This document shows positions 47,313 through 57,045 of a stretch of 64,000 nt of DNA, piece after piece (the stretch's first letter is position 1; each line of letters begins with the position of its first letter). The notes beneath the pieces are model-generated. The model ran no database searches, was not told where the DNA came from, and worked only from the letters and a program-made list of their open reading frames with translations. The position numbers and the translations under genes were made by a program. This DNA comes from an uncultured Candidatus Saccharibacteria bacterium (GTDB taxonomy: Bacteria > Patescibacteriota > Saccharimonadia > Saccharimonadales > Saccharimonadaceae). The stretch covers positions 31,889 to 95,888 of the forward strand of contig CAMVDR010000002.1 in the NCBI GenBank assembly GCA_947166295.1, read 5' to 3'.

Positions 47313-48432
47313 AACGGTATTTGTAGGGATGAGCGGCGGAGTGGATTCTAGCGTTTCTGCTTCGCTTTTGAAAGAACAGGGATACGAAGTTATTGGTATA
47401 TATATGAAAAACTGGTCTAAAGACCTGCCCGGCATGAAATGTCCATGGGCGGAAGATTTGGCCGACGCCAAACGTGTAGCTGTAAAGCTAGGGATAGATT
47501 TTGAGGTGTGGGATTTTGAAGATGCCTACCGCGAAAAGGTGGTAGAGTATATGTTGGAAGAGTTCCGCAAGGGGAACACGCCAAATCCGGATGTAATGTG
47601 CAACCAAGAGATTAAGTTCAAATTGTTTTACGAAGAAGCAATGAAACGCGGGGCGGATTATATCGCGACGGGACATTACGCTAGAATTGTAGATGGCAAA
47701 TTAGCACGTGCTGTAGACGAAAATAAGGATCAGACGTATTTTCTATATCGCATATCCGACGAATCCTTAGCACACACACTATTTCCAATTGGTGAGATGC
47801 TAAAGCCAGAGGTAAAAAAGCTAGCTGAAGAAAAAGGCCTACATAATGCCTACAAAAAAGAGTCCATGGGGGTGTGTTTTGTGGGCGAGGTGGGGATGAA
47901 GGATTTTCTCAAAGAATATATTAATATTAAGCCTGGCGAAATTCGCGAAATAGAGAGCGAAAAGGTGCTAGGCTATCACGAAGGCGCAGCATTTTATACG
48001 ATTGGCCAGAGACACGGGCTATATCTTAATGGTGTAGCCGGAGAAATAAACGACGGCTTGCCGTATTATGTAGTGGCGAAAGATTTAGACAAAAATATAG
48101 TATATGTATCCAAAAATCTAAATGATGAGCATATTTGGACGGAAAGACTGGAGCTTAATGACGTCATCCTCCGGACGGGTCCTGTCGCCACAGTTTCCCC
48201 CACCGTGCTCGGCGAAAGCCTGCGCGCGGCGGGGGTCCCCCCAGTGGCGCCACCCGTCCGTGTGAATGTACGCCTCCGCCACCGAGCGCCACTTGTCCCA
48301 GCAAAAATAGTGTTCACGGGAAATGGCGTAGCGACGCTAGAGTTTGAAAATAAAATCAAACGCCCGGCCAGTGGGCAATCCGCCGTGATATATGATGGCG
48401 AAATTTGTCTGGGTGGTGGGATTATTGCATAA
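47305..48432 (+). CDS. mnmA: tRNA 2-thiouridylase MnmA with in-frame palindromic insertion
   Basis: GMSGGVDSS, TPNPDVMCN, ATGHY, KDQTYFL, TIGQRHGL, SGQSAVIY. Confidence 0.97.
   Translation: MAKTVFVGMSGGVDSSVSASLLKEQGYEVIGIYMKNWSKDLPGMKCPWAEDLADAKRVAVKLGIDFEVWDFEDAYREKVVEYMLEEFRKGNTPNPDVMCNQEIKFKLFYEEAMKRGADYIATGHYARIVDGKLARAVDENKDQTYFLYRISDESLAHTLFPIGEMLKPEVKKLAEEKGLHNAYKKESMGVCFVGEVGMKDFLKEYINIKPGEIREIESEKVLGYHEGAAFYTIGQRHGLYLNGVAGEINDGLPYYVVAKDLDKNIVYVSKNLNDEHIWTERLELNDVILRTGPVATVSPTVLGESLRAAGVPPVAPPVRVNVRLRHRAPLVPAKIVFTGNGVATLEFENKIKRPASGQSAVIYDGEICLGGGIIA
48172..48260. mobile_element. 89-bp palindromic element (family P1) in frame in mnmA
   Basis: CGGACGGGT...ACCCGTCCG; core CAGTTTCCCCCAC.GTGCTCG shared with the topA copy. 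Confidence 0.85.
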
Positions 48433-48472
48433 AAAATCTGCCTTGAGGGCAGATTTTTGTTTTAGCCTTAAA

Positions 48473-48670
48473 CTATCCTACAATCATCAATAGATTGGCG
48501 AAGAGGAGAGTAGCCGCAAGAACACTCATGGAAATAATAAAGAAAGTGTTGGATTTTTGACCACGCTGATATTTTTCGTAGCAGATGCCTTTTTTGGCGG
48601 CTTTTTTAGTGGTGGTGCGAGTAGATTTTTTCGCGGTTTTGGTTGCAGTTTTTTTCTTTGCTTGAGCCAT
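48473..48670 (-). CDS. Small protein with Lys/Thr/Ala-rich N-terminus and C-terminal TM
   Basis: AAAGGA SD; own promoter-like sequence; terminator shared with mnmA. Confidence 0.6.
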   Translation of the reverse strand: MAQAKKKTATKTAKKSTRTTTKKAAKKGICYEKYQRGQKSNTFFIISMSVLAATLLFANLLMIVG

Positions 48671-48748
48671 AATATTTCCTTTTTATAATACTTAAGTTTA
48701 TATTAACACAGATTTACTAAAGTGGCAAGAAATGCTATAATTATCTCT

Positions 48749-50629
48749 ATGGACGCAAACGAAATTAGACGCAAGTTTTTAGATTTTCAGGTAGAAAAAG
48801 GACATAAAGTCATTCAGCCGGCGCCACTAGTGCTAGAAAATGACCCGACCACACTTTTCACTGGCTCTGGGATGCAACCGCTTTTGCCATATTTACTTGG
48901 CAAAGAACACCCAGAAGGCACCAGGCTGACAGATTCTCAGCCGTCTATGCGTTTGCAGGATATTGAGGACGTGGGTGACCCGCGCCACACTACCGTGTTT
49001 GAGATGCTAGGGAATTGGTCGCTAGGTGATTATTTTAAGGAAGAGCAAATCCGGAACTTTTTTGAATTCCTGACAAAAGAAGTAGGGTTAGACCCAGAGA
49101 AAATTTACGTAACCTGCTTTGTTGGCAATGCGGAATATGGCATCCCGAAAGATACCGAAGCAGCCGAGATTTGGCAAAAGGTATTCGCTGAGGCCGGCGT
49201 AGATGCAAAGATTGCAGAAATTGGCTCTGCTAAGGATGGCGATAGACGCGGCATCAAACCAGGTGAAAGAATTTTCTTCTATGACGACAAAGAAAACTGG
49301 TGGAGTCGCGGTGGCGGCTGCGATACTACACCAATTGGTGACCCATGTGGGCCAGATTCTGAAGTATTTTATGATTTTGGCGAAGAACTACAAGATGAGG
49401 AAAAATATGGGTTGGCACATCCGGCTAGTGATGGTGCAAGGTTCATGGAGATCGGCAACCAAGTATTTATGCAATACCGCCGCAAGGAAGATGGTACTTT
49501 TGAAGAACTAGAAAAGAAAAATGTAGACTTTGGTGGTGGACTAGAGCGGATAGCCGCAGCAGCGATTGGTTCGTTTGATGTGTTTAAGATTTCTTTAATG
49601 AAGCCAATTATCGATAAATTGGAACAGATTTCTGGTAAAAAATACGACAATAATACCGACGAAATGCGCGTAATTGCCGATCATATCCGTGGGGCGTATC
49701 TTTTGGCAGCGCAAGGCTTAGCGCCGTCTAACAAAACCCAGGGCTACGCAATGCGGCGCTTGGTAAGGCGGGCAATTTTGCGAGCGTTAGACCTTGGGAT
49801 TTCGGCAAATTTCTTATCCGAGATTGTACCAATCATAGCGGAGAATTACAAAGATTTACCAGATAACATTTTAACTCACCGAGAAGGTGCTTTGGCGGTG
49901 CTTTTGAAAGAAGAGGAGAGTTTCCGCAAGACCTTAAATAAGGGACTAAAAGAGTTGCGGAAAATAGCCAGCAAGGCAGAACAATTAACTGGCAATGATT
50001 TATTCAAGTTGCAAGATACTTACGGGTTTCCATTGGAGTTATCCGTAGAGGAGTGTTACCGTGAGGGAGTTAAGTTGTCTGAAAATTACCTAAAAGAATT
50101 TGAGGCAGCTCTAGCGGAGCAACGCGAGCGTTCACAGACAGCCAGTAAAGGCATGTTTAAGGGCGGACTAGAAGACCACGGCGAGCAAACAGTAAAATAT
50201 CACACGGCGTGCCATTTGCTACTTGCAGCTTTGCAAAAACATATCAGTCCAGATATCGTGCAGAAAGGTTCTAATATTACTGCAGATAGAGTGCGGTTTG
50301 ACTTTAACCTAGATCACAAAATGACACCAGAAGAAATTACCGCGGTAGAGGATCAGGTAAACGAATGGATTTCTGCAGATCTTCCGGTAGTGTTTGACGA
50401 ATATGAGAAAACCTACGCACGCGATACCTTGAAAGCACACGGACAGTTTTGGGATAAATACCCGGAGATTTTGAAAGTTTACACAATTGGGGATTTTGAC
50501 AATCCCGTATCGCGCGAAGTATGTGGTGGCCCACACGTAGAACACACTGGGGCGCTAGGGCATTTTCGCATCAAAAAAGAGGAGTCGTCCTCTGCTGGTG
50601 TACGGCGGATAAAAGCGGTACTAGAGTAA
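48749..50629 (+). CDS. alaS: Alanine--tRNA ligase (no C-Ala domain)
   Basis: DPTTLFTGSGMQ, FEMLGNWS, CGPDSE, GLERI, HTACHLL, CGGPHV, GVRRIKA. Confidence 0.96.
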   Translation: MDANEIRRKFLDFQVEKGHKVIQPAPLVLENDPTTLFTGSGMQPLLPYLLGKEHPEGTRLTDSQPSMRLQDIEDVGDPRHTTVFEMLGNWSLGDYFKEEQIRNFFEFLTKEVGLDPEKIYVTCFVGNAEYGIPKDTEAAEIWQKVFAEAGVDAKIAEIGSAKDGDRRGIKPGERIFFYDDKENWWSRGGGCDTTPIGDPCGPDSEVFYDFGEELQDEEKYGLAHPASDGARFMEIGNQVFMQYRRKEDGTFEELEKKNVDFGGGLERIAAAAIGSFDVFKISLMKPIIDKLEQISGKKYDNNTDEMRVIADHIRGAYLLAAQGLAPSNKTQGYAMRRLVRRAILRALDLGISANFLSEIVPIIAENYKDLPDNILTHREGALAVLLKEEESFRKTLNKGLKELRKIASKAEQLTGNDLFKLQDTYGFPLELSVEECYREGVKLSENYLKEFEAALAEQRERSQTASKGMFKGGLEDHGEQTVKYHTACHLLLAALQKHISPDIVQKGSNITADRVRFDFNLDHKMTPEEITAVEDQVNEWISADLPVVFDEYEKTYARDTLKAHGQFWDKYPEILKVYTIGDFDNPVSREVCGGPHVEHTGALGHFRIKKEESSSAGVRRIKAVLE

Positions 50630-50687
50630 AATTTGACTTTTTTGAATTAGTGTGATACAATTATAGTAGAAAGGGGGTGTACATTTT

Positions 50688-51104
50688 ATGTCGTGTTGTT
50701 ATAAGGTGAATTTTTCGCTTACCTTTAGATTTGCCTATGGGTATGTTGATTTACAAGATGAGTATAAGCTTTTCACTACTCCTGAGTTTTCTGAGTTTTT
50801 CTACACTGACTCTGAATTATTCAACATGCCACGGAAAGACGCGGAAAAGACGATAGAACAATGGAAAGAGAGGGCGCGTGGAAAGGGTATTGAACTTGCC
50901 GTAGATAACTACGTATCCATACTGGACGATGCTCTAGACAGGATAGACAAATGGTACAGAGAAAATACTACATATTCCTCAAAGGAATTCTGTTTACTAC
51001 CTGATTATGGGACTGTCCACGGGGTAAGAGATGAATTGAAGGAAGATCCGGAATGCTATATCAAGTTGCAGACAATACTAATGACCGACGTAACCTTGCT
51101 ATAG
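50688..51104 (+). CDS. Hypothetical protein
   Basis: ORF with own TTGACT-17-TACAAT promoter and terminator AAAGCCGCC-GCAA-GGCGGCTTT. Confidence 0.6.
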   Translation: MSCCYKVNFSLTFRFAYGYVDLQDEYKLFTTPEFSEFFYTDSELFNMPRKDAEKTIEQWKERARGKGIELAVDNYVSILDDALDRIDKWYRENTTYSSKEFCLLPDYGTVHGVRDELKEDPECYIKLQTILMTDVTLL

Positions 51105-51135
51105 AAAGCCGCCGCAAGGCGGCTTTTTCCTGAGC

Positions 51136-52359
51136 TTAGTTCTGGAGGAGTTTGGCGAGTTTGGCTTTAAGTTTGTTTTCTTCGGGAGCGCCAGCGAGGG
51201 TATCGGTGCCAACGCGGAGAAGACCTAGTGCCGTGGCGAAAGAATGATCTAAATGTTGATTTTCTTTAATAATTAAATTCGGTAGCTCATTAACGTCCAA
51301 CAAATGAATGACTGGGCGACGCGCAAATGGTAACCCCTGATACCAATCAGAAATCGCGAGAGTTTCTTGTAACAAAGATAAACTAGCACCACCACCGCAG
51401 AGCAAAACATTACGAGGCAAACTGCCGATGTTGCCGAATTCTTCTAGCGCAACTTCTACACCAGTAAGCCAAACACTGAGGTTGCGCGAAATAGCGGTTT
51501 CCACTTTGGCCTTGATACGATCATCTAATTTGCCGCTATCAAAATCTAGTTTGTAGTGCTCGGCGGTTTCGGTATCTACGCCGAGAGATTCAGAAATCTG
51601 GTGAGTAAAGCTACGGCCACCGATAGAAAACATCTTGGTGCCCTCCACGCCGCCGTCTTCTACTACAGCGATATCTGTGGTACCGCCGCCAATATCCATC
51701 ACTACGCTAGAGAAATTAGACTCTAGATCATCACCCAAGCAAGCACGACAAACCGCAAAAGGTTCTACAGCTACGGTGAGGAGATCTAGGTTAAGCTCGG
51801 CACACACCTTTTCTATAGCAGCTACATGGATAAGCGGGGCGAAAGCAGTATAAAATTGAATTACTACATCGGAGCCTTTGAAGCCAATGGGGTTGGAGAT
51901 TTTGTAGCCGTCAATAGTGAGGGAAACGATGGCAGAATTAATCAGGCGAACTTCGACGTTTTTATTGCCAGTCTCTAGAGCTACGGTTTTTCTGGCGACT
52001 TCGCCAGATTTTTGCTGAACTTTTTTGATGATATCGCTCATTTCAGCATCAGAAATGGGCTTATTGGGGTTTTTGCGACTATAGCGGACAGTAGTAGTAT
52101 TGCCCTTGATAAGCTCACCGGCGATACCCACCACGGTAAGTTCGGCACGCTGACCGGCTTGTTTTTCTACTTTGACGAGAGCTTCTTCGCAAACAGAAAC
52201 TACGGCAGGGATATCTGCCACGGCACCAGCGTGCATATTGCCCTCAAGCTGCTTAGCTTTACCCACGCCAAGGATTTCTAGATTACCCTTTTTGCCAGAC
52301 TTAGCTAAAACTGCCTTGACGAACTCCGTACCGATATCTAGCGCCAAAATAGTGTTCAT
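51136..52359 (-). CDS. ftsA: FtsA-like actin-fold ATPase
   Basis: ALDIGTEFVK, VEPFA, MDIGGGTTD, LCGGGA. Confidence 0.7.
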   Translation of the reverse strand: MNTILALDIGTEFVKAVLAKSGKKGNLEILGVGKAKQLEGNMHAGAVADIPAVVSVCEEALVKVEKQAGQRAELTVVGIAGELIKGNTTTVRYSRKNPNKPISDAEMSDIIKKVQQKSGEVARKTVALETGNKNVEVRLINSAIVSLTIDGYKISNPIGFKGSDVVIQFYTAFAPLIHVAAIEKVCAELNLDLLTVAVEPFAVCRACLGDDLESNFSSVVMDIGGGTTDIAVVEDGGVEGTKMFSIGGRSFTHQISESLGVDTETAEHYKLDFDSGKLDDRIKAKVETAISRNLSVWLTGVEVALEEFGNIGSLPRNVLLCGGGASLSLLQETLAISDWYQGLPFARRPVIHLLDVNELPNLIIKENQHLDHSFATALGLLRVGTDTLAGAPEENKLKAKLAKLLQN

Positions 52360-53120
52360 GCTTTAATTGTAACATATTTTCCTGGTTTTAGGCCGGAGAG
52401 TTGGTATTTACCAAACTGAGTACGGTGGAGGGTAATGACGCGGTAGCCGAGTGCCGCAAAGGTACGACGAATCTGGCGATTACGGCCCTCCGAAAGAATT
52501 ACTGTAAGGTGCGTACGCTCGGCGGGGCCTGTCGTCGCAGTTTCCCCCACTGTACTCGGCTCGCGCCTGCGTGCAGCGGGGGTCCCCCCAGCTCCGCCAC
52601 CCGCCGATGCTACTACAGTAAATTTCGAGGGGCCGTCATCTAGCATGATACCGTAGTCAGAAATCATTTGTTGATGAAGTGGTTCAAGTGAGCGGTCTAG
52701 GGTGACTTCGTAAACTTTTTCTTTATGAAATTTTGGGTGAGTCATCTGGTAGGCGAAATCGCCATCGTTGGTAAGCAAAATAAGGCCAGAGCTATCCTTA
52801 TCTAGCCGGCCAACAGTCTTTAGTTTTCGATACTCTTTAGGTAATAACTCATATAGGGTAGGAGTATCCCCCTGAGCACGACGAGAACAAACATAACCTA
52901 CTGGTTTATTAAAGGCGATATACAAGAAGTCCGCTTCAAACGGGATTATCTTACCGTTATAGCACACTTTTGAAGAAAAGTCAACCCTTGCGCCTAGCGA
53001 GGCTGGCTTTCCATCTATAGTGATCTTACCCGCAGAGATTAAATCATCTGCTTCGCGGCGCGATATGCCAAGGCGTTCGGCAAGGAATTTATTGAGCCGG
53101 ATTGGTTGGGGTTGGTCCAT
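52356..53120 (-). CDS. S4-domain pseudouridine synthase (RluB/RsuA family) with in-frame palindromic insertion
   Basis: RLNKFLA, SRREAD, NKPVGY, VGRLDKDSSGL, EGRNRQIRR. Confidence 0.92.
   Translation of the reverse strand: MDQPQPIRLNKFLAERLGISRREADDLISAGKITIDGKPASLGARVDFSSKVCYNGKIIPFEADFLYIAFNKPVGYVCSRRAQGDTPTLYELLPKEYRKLKTVGRLDKDSSGLILLTNDGDFAYQMTHPKFHKEKVYEVTLDRSLEPLHQQMISDYGIMLDDGPSKFTVVASAGGGAGGTPAARRREPSTVGETATTGPAERTHLTVILSEGRNRQIRRTFAALGYRVITLHRTQFGKYQLSGLKPGKYVTIKA
52519..52607. mobile_element. 89-bp palindromic element (family P1), read from the opposite strand
   Basis: TCGGCGGG...CCCGCCGA; encodes SAGGGAGGTPAARRREPSTVGETATTGPAE on the minus strand. Confidence 0.85.
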
Positions 53121-53697
53121 AATAAGCTTGTGGCTGTTGAGGTTCTACAGTGGGTTGCGGAGCAGGTTGAGAGACGGGTTCGACAGGAGTAGCTGGCATG
53201 GCAGCAGACGACTGCACCATATTTTGATCTGGCATAGCGGGAGTAGCCATGGGTGCCGGAGCGGCTGTGTCTGCGGCGACTGGAGCAGCTGGCTCCATTG
53301 TAGTTGGTTCTGGGGTAGCCGGAGTTGCACGATCGCCCAGAACTTCATGGATGGTATTGATCACGTCTTCGATACCGACCTGTGATTTCACTAAATACCT
53401 ATCGGCGCCGAGACGTTCGCCACGCTGGCGCTGATCTTCGGCAGAGAGGGCGGTCATCATGATTACCTTGATATTAGCAGTTTCTGGAGTGGTACGAAGG
53501 ATATCTAACATATCAAAACCAGAAATTTTTGGCATCATTACGTCGGATAAAATTAAATCTGGCTTTTCGCGGACCGCCATCGCGAGGGCTTCTTCGCCAT
53601 CGCCGGCTGAAACTACGTCGTAACCTTCGGCAGTGATGCGGATGCCGTAAATCTCACGCAAACTTGCGTCGTCTTCTACTACCATTACTTTGCTCAT
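53089..53697 (-). CDS. Response regulator (receiver only) with Pro/Ala/Gln-rich tail
   Basis: VMVVEDD, DLILSDVMMP, MTAL, YLVKS. Confidence 0.9.
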   Translation of the reverse strand: MSKVMVVEDDASLREIYGIRITAEGYDVVSAGDGEEALAMAVREKPDLILSDVMMPKISGFDMLDILRTTPETANIKVIMMTALSAEDQRQRGERLGADRYLVKSQVGIEDVINTIHEVLGDRATPATPEPTTMEPAAPVAADTAAPAPMATPAMPDQNMVQSSAAMPATPVEPVSQPAPQPTVEPQQPQAYYGPTPTNPAQ

Positions 53698-55286
53698 TGT
53701 TGTACTCCGTTTAAGTTGTTATTAGTTTGTGGTTGAATAGGTTGAGGCATGGGTGGAACTGCTGGTGGAGCCGGAGGGGTGGGGCTTGGTGGAGAGGGTG
53801 GCTGAGATTGCGGAGCTGACGCTGGTTGTGCCGGTAAAACCGACTGAGACTGCGCCGAAGTTTGCAACGGAGGAGTTTGCTGTATTGACTGAGATGGTGC
53901 AACTGGCCTAACCGGAGCCTGTGGTTGCGGTGTGACGGGTGTTGTTGACGCAGATTGAACTGGCGGAGTAACTGGAGTTGCTGGCGGAGTAACTGGAGTT
54001 GCTGGCGTAGATTGTGAAATAGGAGCTGCAGCTTGAGCTGGCACCACATTTGGCATGGCGGGCGCAGATGAGGGGATAGGGCTAACTGGCGCCATTTGAG
54101 CCTGCATCTGTTGGTTGCGAATTACAATCATACGTTTTTCGTATTCGTCACTAGTGATACGCGGTAGAGAAACATAGAAAGTAGAGCCCTCACCAAAAGC
54201 AGACTCGGCCCAAACACGGCCACCCATAGCCTCTACGCGCTGTTTGACAAGATAAAGTCCAAGACCGGTGCCGCCAATAGTGCGAGTGTCAGAATTGTCC
54301 GCCCGGTAGAATTTTTGGAAAATGTGACCGAGATCGTCTGACGAAATACCAATACCGGTATCTGTAACGTTGATTAGCACGCGATCACCATCGCCACGTA
54401 CATTTACATAAATAGAGCCGCCTGACGGAGTGTATTTGAGAGCGTTTTCGATAAGATTATCCATGATTTCGCGCATAAAATTGGTATCCACAAAACCATA
54501 TACGACCTGATCCATCTGGCGACCACCAGCAACTGAACTATTAGAACCAAAAGCAAAGTTGAGTTTGGACTCACGGGCGCGTTCGGTATAATCATCGGAG
54601 ATATCCTTGACTAAGGACACCATCTCGGCAGGCTCAAAATGCGGCTTGATTTTGCCGTCGTCTAATTTAGTAACATCTAGCAAATCTTGGAAGAGTTTGC
54701 CAAGGTGCTTGGATGCCTTCTGGGCGGCGGTGAGATAGCCACGAGCACGTTCGTCTATGGCGGCAGTCTGCGGATTGAGAGCCAAAGACAGGTAGCCATC
54801 TATGGTGGCGACTGGGGTACGCATTTCGTGGGAAGCAGTAGAAATAAATTCTGTTTGCTCGCCTTCCTCAGCGAGTTCTTTGGTGATATTGCGAAAAGTG
54901 ATGATACGATTTTGGCTTAGCCCATCTACCGGGAGTACAGAAATGCAGATAGGAATGCGTTTATCGGACTGGGTGGCGATAAGGCAAACTTGGCAATTTT
55001 CTAGAGTCTGGCCCGTAGACATGGCCTGGATGAGAGGGTTTTCGGCTTCGGATAGCTCGCGACCTTCTTTGGTTTCTAATTTTAATAGTAAACCATAGTC
55101 CAGCCCGGTGGCCTTATCGGCAGAGCCGCATTCTGTCATGGTGACGGCGGCAGGGTTGATAAATTGAATTACACCGGATTTATCAGTAATAATTACACCA
55201 TCATGGATATTTTTGAGCGCCAGCTCAGCTAAGCCAGCTTGGCTAACTGCGCTGTTTTTAGAGTTGTTGCGCTTAAACATATTCAT
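53694..55286 (-). CDS. Soluble PAS sensor histidine kinase with Pro/Gln-rich tail
   Basis: PAS region, ASHEMRTP, NLIENALKY, DTGIGI, GTGLGL; 21-bp tandem repeat at 53960-54007. Confidence 0.92.
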   Translation of the reverse strand: MNMFKRNNSKNSAVSQAGLAELALKNIHDGVIITDKSGVIQFINPAAVTMTECGSADKATGLDYGLLLKLETKEGRELSEAENPLIQAMSTGQTLENCQVCLIATQSDKRIPICISVLPVDGLSQNRIITFRNITKELAEEGEQTEFISTASHEMRTPVATIDGYLSLALNPQTAAIDERARGYLTAAQKASKHLGKLFQDLLDVTKLDDGKIKPHFEPAEMVSLVKDISDDYTERARESKLNFAFGSNSSVAGGRQMDQVVYGFVDTNFMREIMDNLIENALKYTPSGGSIYVNVRGDGDRVLINVTDTGIGISSDDLGHIFQKFYRADNSDTRTIGGTGLGLYLVKQRVEAMGGRVWAESAFGEGSTFYVSLPRITSDEYEKRMIVIRNQQMQAQMAPVSPIPSSAPAMPNVVPAQAAAPISQSTPATPVTPPATPVTPPVQSASTTPVTPQPQAPVRPVAPSQSIQQTPPLQTSAQSQSVLPAQPASAPQSQPPSPPSPTPPAPPAVPPMPQPIQPQTNNNLNGVQQ

Positions 55287-55334
55287 CTACACTTATTTTA
55301 ACACAAGCTAGATAAAATGTGGTATATTTTAACT

Positions 55335-56999
55335 ATGAATAAAGACGTCATTTATATTGAACCCGAGGATGATATTACCGATATCATTACCAAAATCGAA
55401 AATTCAAAAGAAAAAATCGTAGCGTTGGTGCCACCCAAGAAAGCTGGCGTGTTTCGAAGTGTGGTAAATATTAAATTGGTTTCTAAAGCGGGGACAACAG
55501 CGGAAAAAACTATTGTATTAGTAACCACTGATCCTTCCATTGTAAAATTGGCGGCAGCAACCAGGATCCCGGTAACGAAAAATCTACAAACTCCACCGGC
55601 AATACCTACTGCGGATATGGAGATAGAAGAGACGTCTGAAGAAGAAATTGTAGATGAATCAGAAGCGGAAGCAGAGAAAAAAGAAGAGGAAAAGGAAGAA
55701 GCAGGAGAGGCAGAGGACACCGAAGAAGAGGAGATGGAAAAGAAAGACAAAAAAGCCGATAAGGCCGCTAAAAAGAAGAAAACAGACAAAGACGGCAATC
55801 CTATCATAAATTGGATTAAAGCGCACAAAAAATTGACGATTTTTGGTGGTATTGCCCTAGTGGCGTTGATTATATTCATGATTTGGGCGTTTGTTATTGC
55901 ACCTGCGGTGACTGTAACGGTAGGAATCAAAACGGAAAACAATAATTTTTCTGAAAATGTAACCTTTACTACCAATGCTGCAGACGAAAATGCTACCGAT
56001 GGCAAATTCTATATCCAAGAGAAGAAGGTAGAAACCGTGGCAGAAGTGAGTTTTGAGGCTACCGGTAAGAAAAACAAGGGCGAAAAAGCCAAAGGCGAGT
56101 TGCAGGTTTATGCATATTTCCCACTAAATGTTAAATCTTCTGTACAGATTTCCGAGGGTACAGCGTTTACTATTTCTGGATTAACCTTCCTGGCGGCAGA
56201 AAGCCAAACTCTTACTTATAACGGCGATGGCAAAAATCAGTGTGCCAACAAGGACAATTCTGCTGGTTTGGTAGATTATGGCTGTAGAATAAACGGCACT
56301 ATAGCTGTAGTTGCTAGCGAACCAGGAGCAAAATACAACATTGCGGCGTCTAGCACGGGCTGGGATACAATAGCTAGAGTATTCCCGTATTCTGATAACG
56401 CAATGACCGGCGGTACAGATGATATCGTAACCGTGGTAGAACAGGCTGATATTGAAAAGGCCAAAGACCAGCTTAAATCTTCTAGTGAAGACGAAGAGAA
56501 AGAAAAGCTCTTTAAGGGCATCAGTGAAGATATGATGATAATAGAGAGTAGCTTCAATCAGGATACGTCTGCAGCTACGGCTACTCCAGCGGCTGGCGAA
56601 GAAGTAAAAGACGGCGTAAAGCCAGTGCTAAAGGCCACAACTACCGCCACCGTGTTTGCAATAGACAAAAATAAGGTTGAAGAGTTCATTTCTGAAAAAG
56701 CGAAACTCGGTGATGATCAGAAGATTTACGAAATCAACAACCCATATATAGAGAACTTCGTGAAGGGTGATAGTGGCTTTGCTGGCAGATTAAAGACTTC
56801 TTATGCAGTAGGGCCAAAGGTGACAGAGAACGATATCGTAGAGATGATCAAGGGTAAAGGTATCGGCGATGCGCAACACGATCTTAAGAATATTAACGGT
56901 GTAGTATCTGTAAGTATTGATAAATCTTATCCTTGGGTTGGCTCTGTCCCTGGAAATACCAATAAAATTACCGTAAATATTGAACTGAAGGATAAGTAG
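55335..56999 (+). CDS. Hypothetical membrane-anchored protein (possibly baseplate-J-like extracellular region)
   Basis: IYIEPEDDIT N-domain, acidic linker, single TM, ATGKK..GEKAKG, GAKYNI, MTGGT. Confidence 0.55.
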   Translation: MNKDVIYIEPEDDITDIITKIENSKEKIVALVPPKKAGVFRSVVNIKLVSKAGTTAEKTIVLVTTDPSIVKLAAATRIPVTKNLQTPPAIPTADMEIEETSEEEIVDESEAEAEKKEEEKEEAGEAEDTEEEEMEKKDKKADKAAKKKKTDKDGNPIINWIKAHKKLTIFGGIALVALIIFMIWAFVIAPAVTVTVGIKTENNNFSENVTFTTNAADENATDGKFYIQEKKVETVAEVSFEATGKKNKGEKAKGELQVYAYFPLNVKSSVQISEGTAFTISGLTFLAAESQTLTYNGDGKNQCANKDNSAGLVDYGCRINGTIAVVASEPGAKYNIAASSTGWDTIARVFPYSDNAMTGGTDDIVTVVEQADIEKAKDQLKSSSEDEEKEKLFKGISEDMMIIESSFNQDTSAATATPAAGEEVKDGVKPVLKATTTATVFAIDKNKVEEFISEKAKLGDDQKIYEINNPYIENFVKGDSGFAGRLKTSYAVGPKVTENDIVEMIKGKGIGDAQHDLKNINGVVSVSIDKSYPWVGSVPGNTNKITVNIELKDK

Positions 57000-57045
57000 T
57001 GCCGAAGTTTAACAGAGGCGAGAATTTCTATCAGAAAGGGCTAAA

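Noticed and set aside
53960-54007. 21-bp tandem repeat as a contingency locus
   Set aside because: Only ~2.3 in-frame units within a low-complexity tail; no frameshift potential.
55335-56999. Prophage or contractile-tail locus
   Set aside because: No other phage structural or replication genes nearby; neighbours are housekeeping genes.
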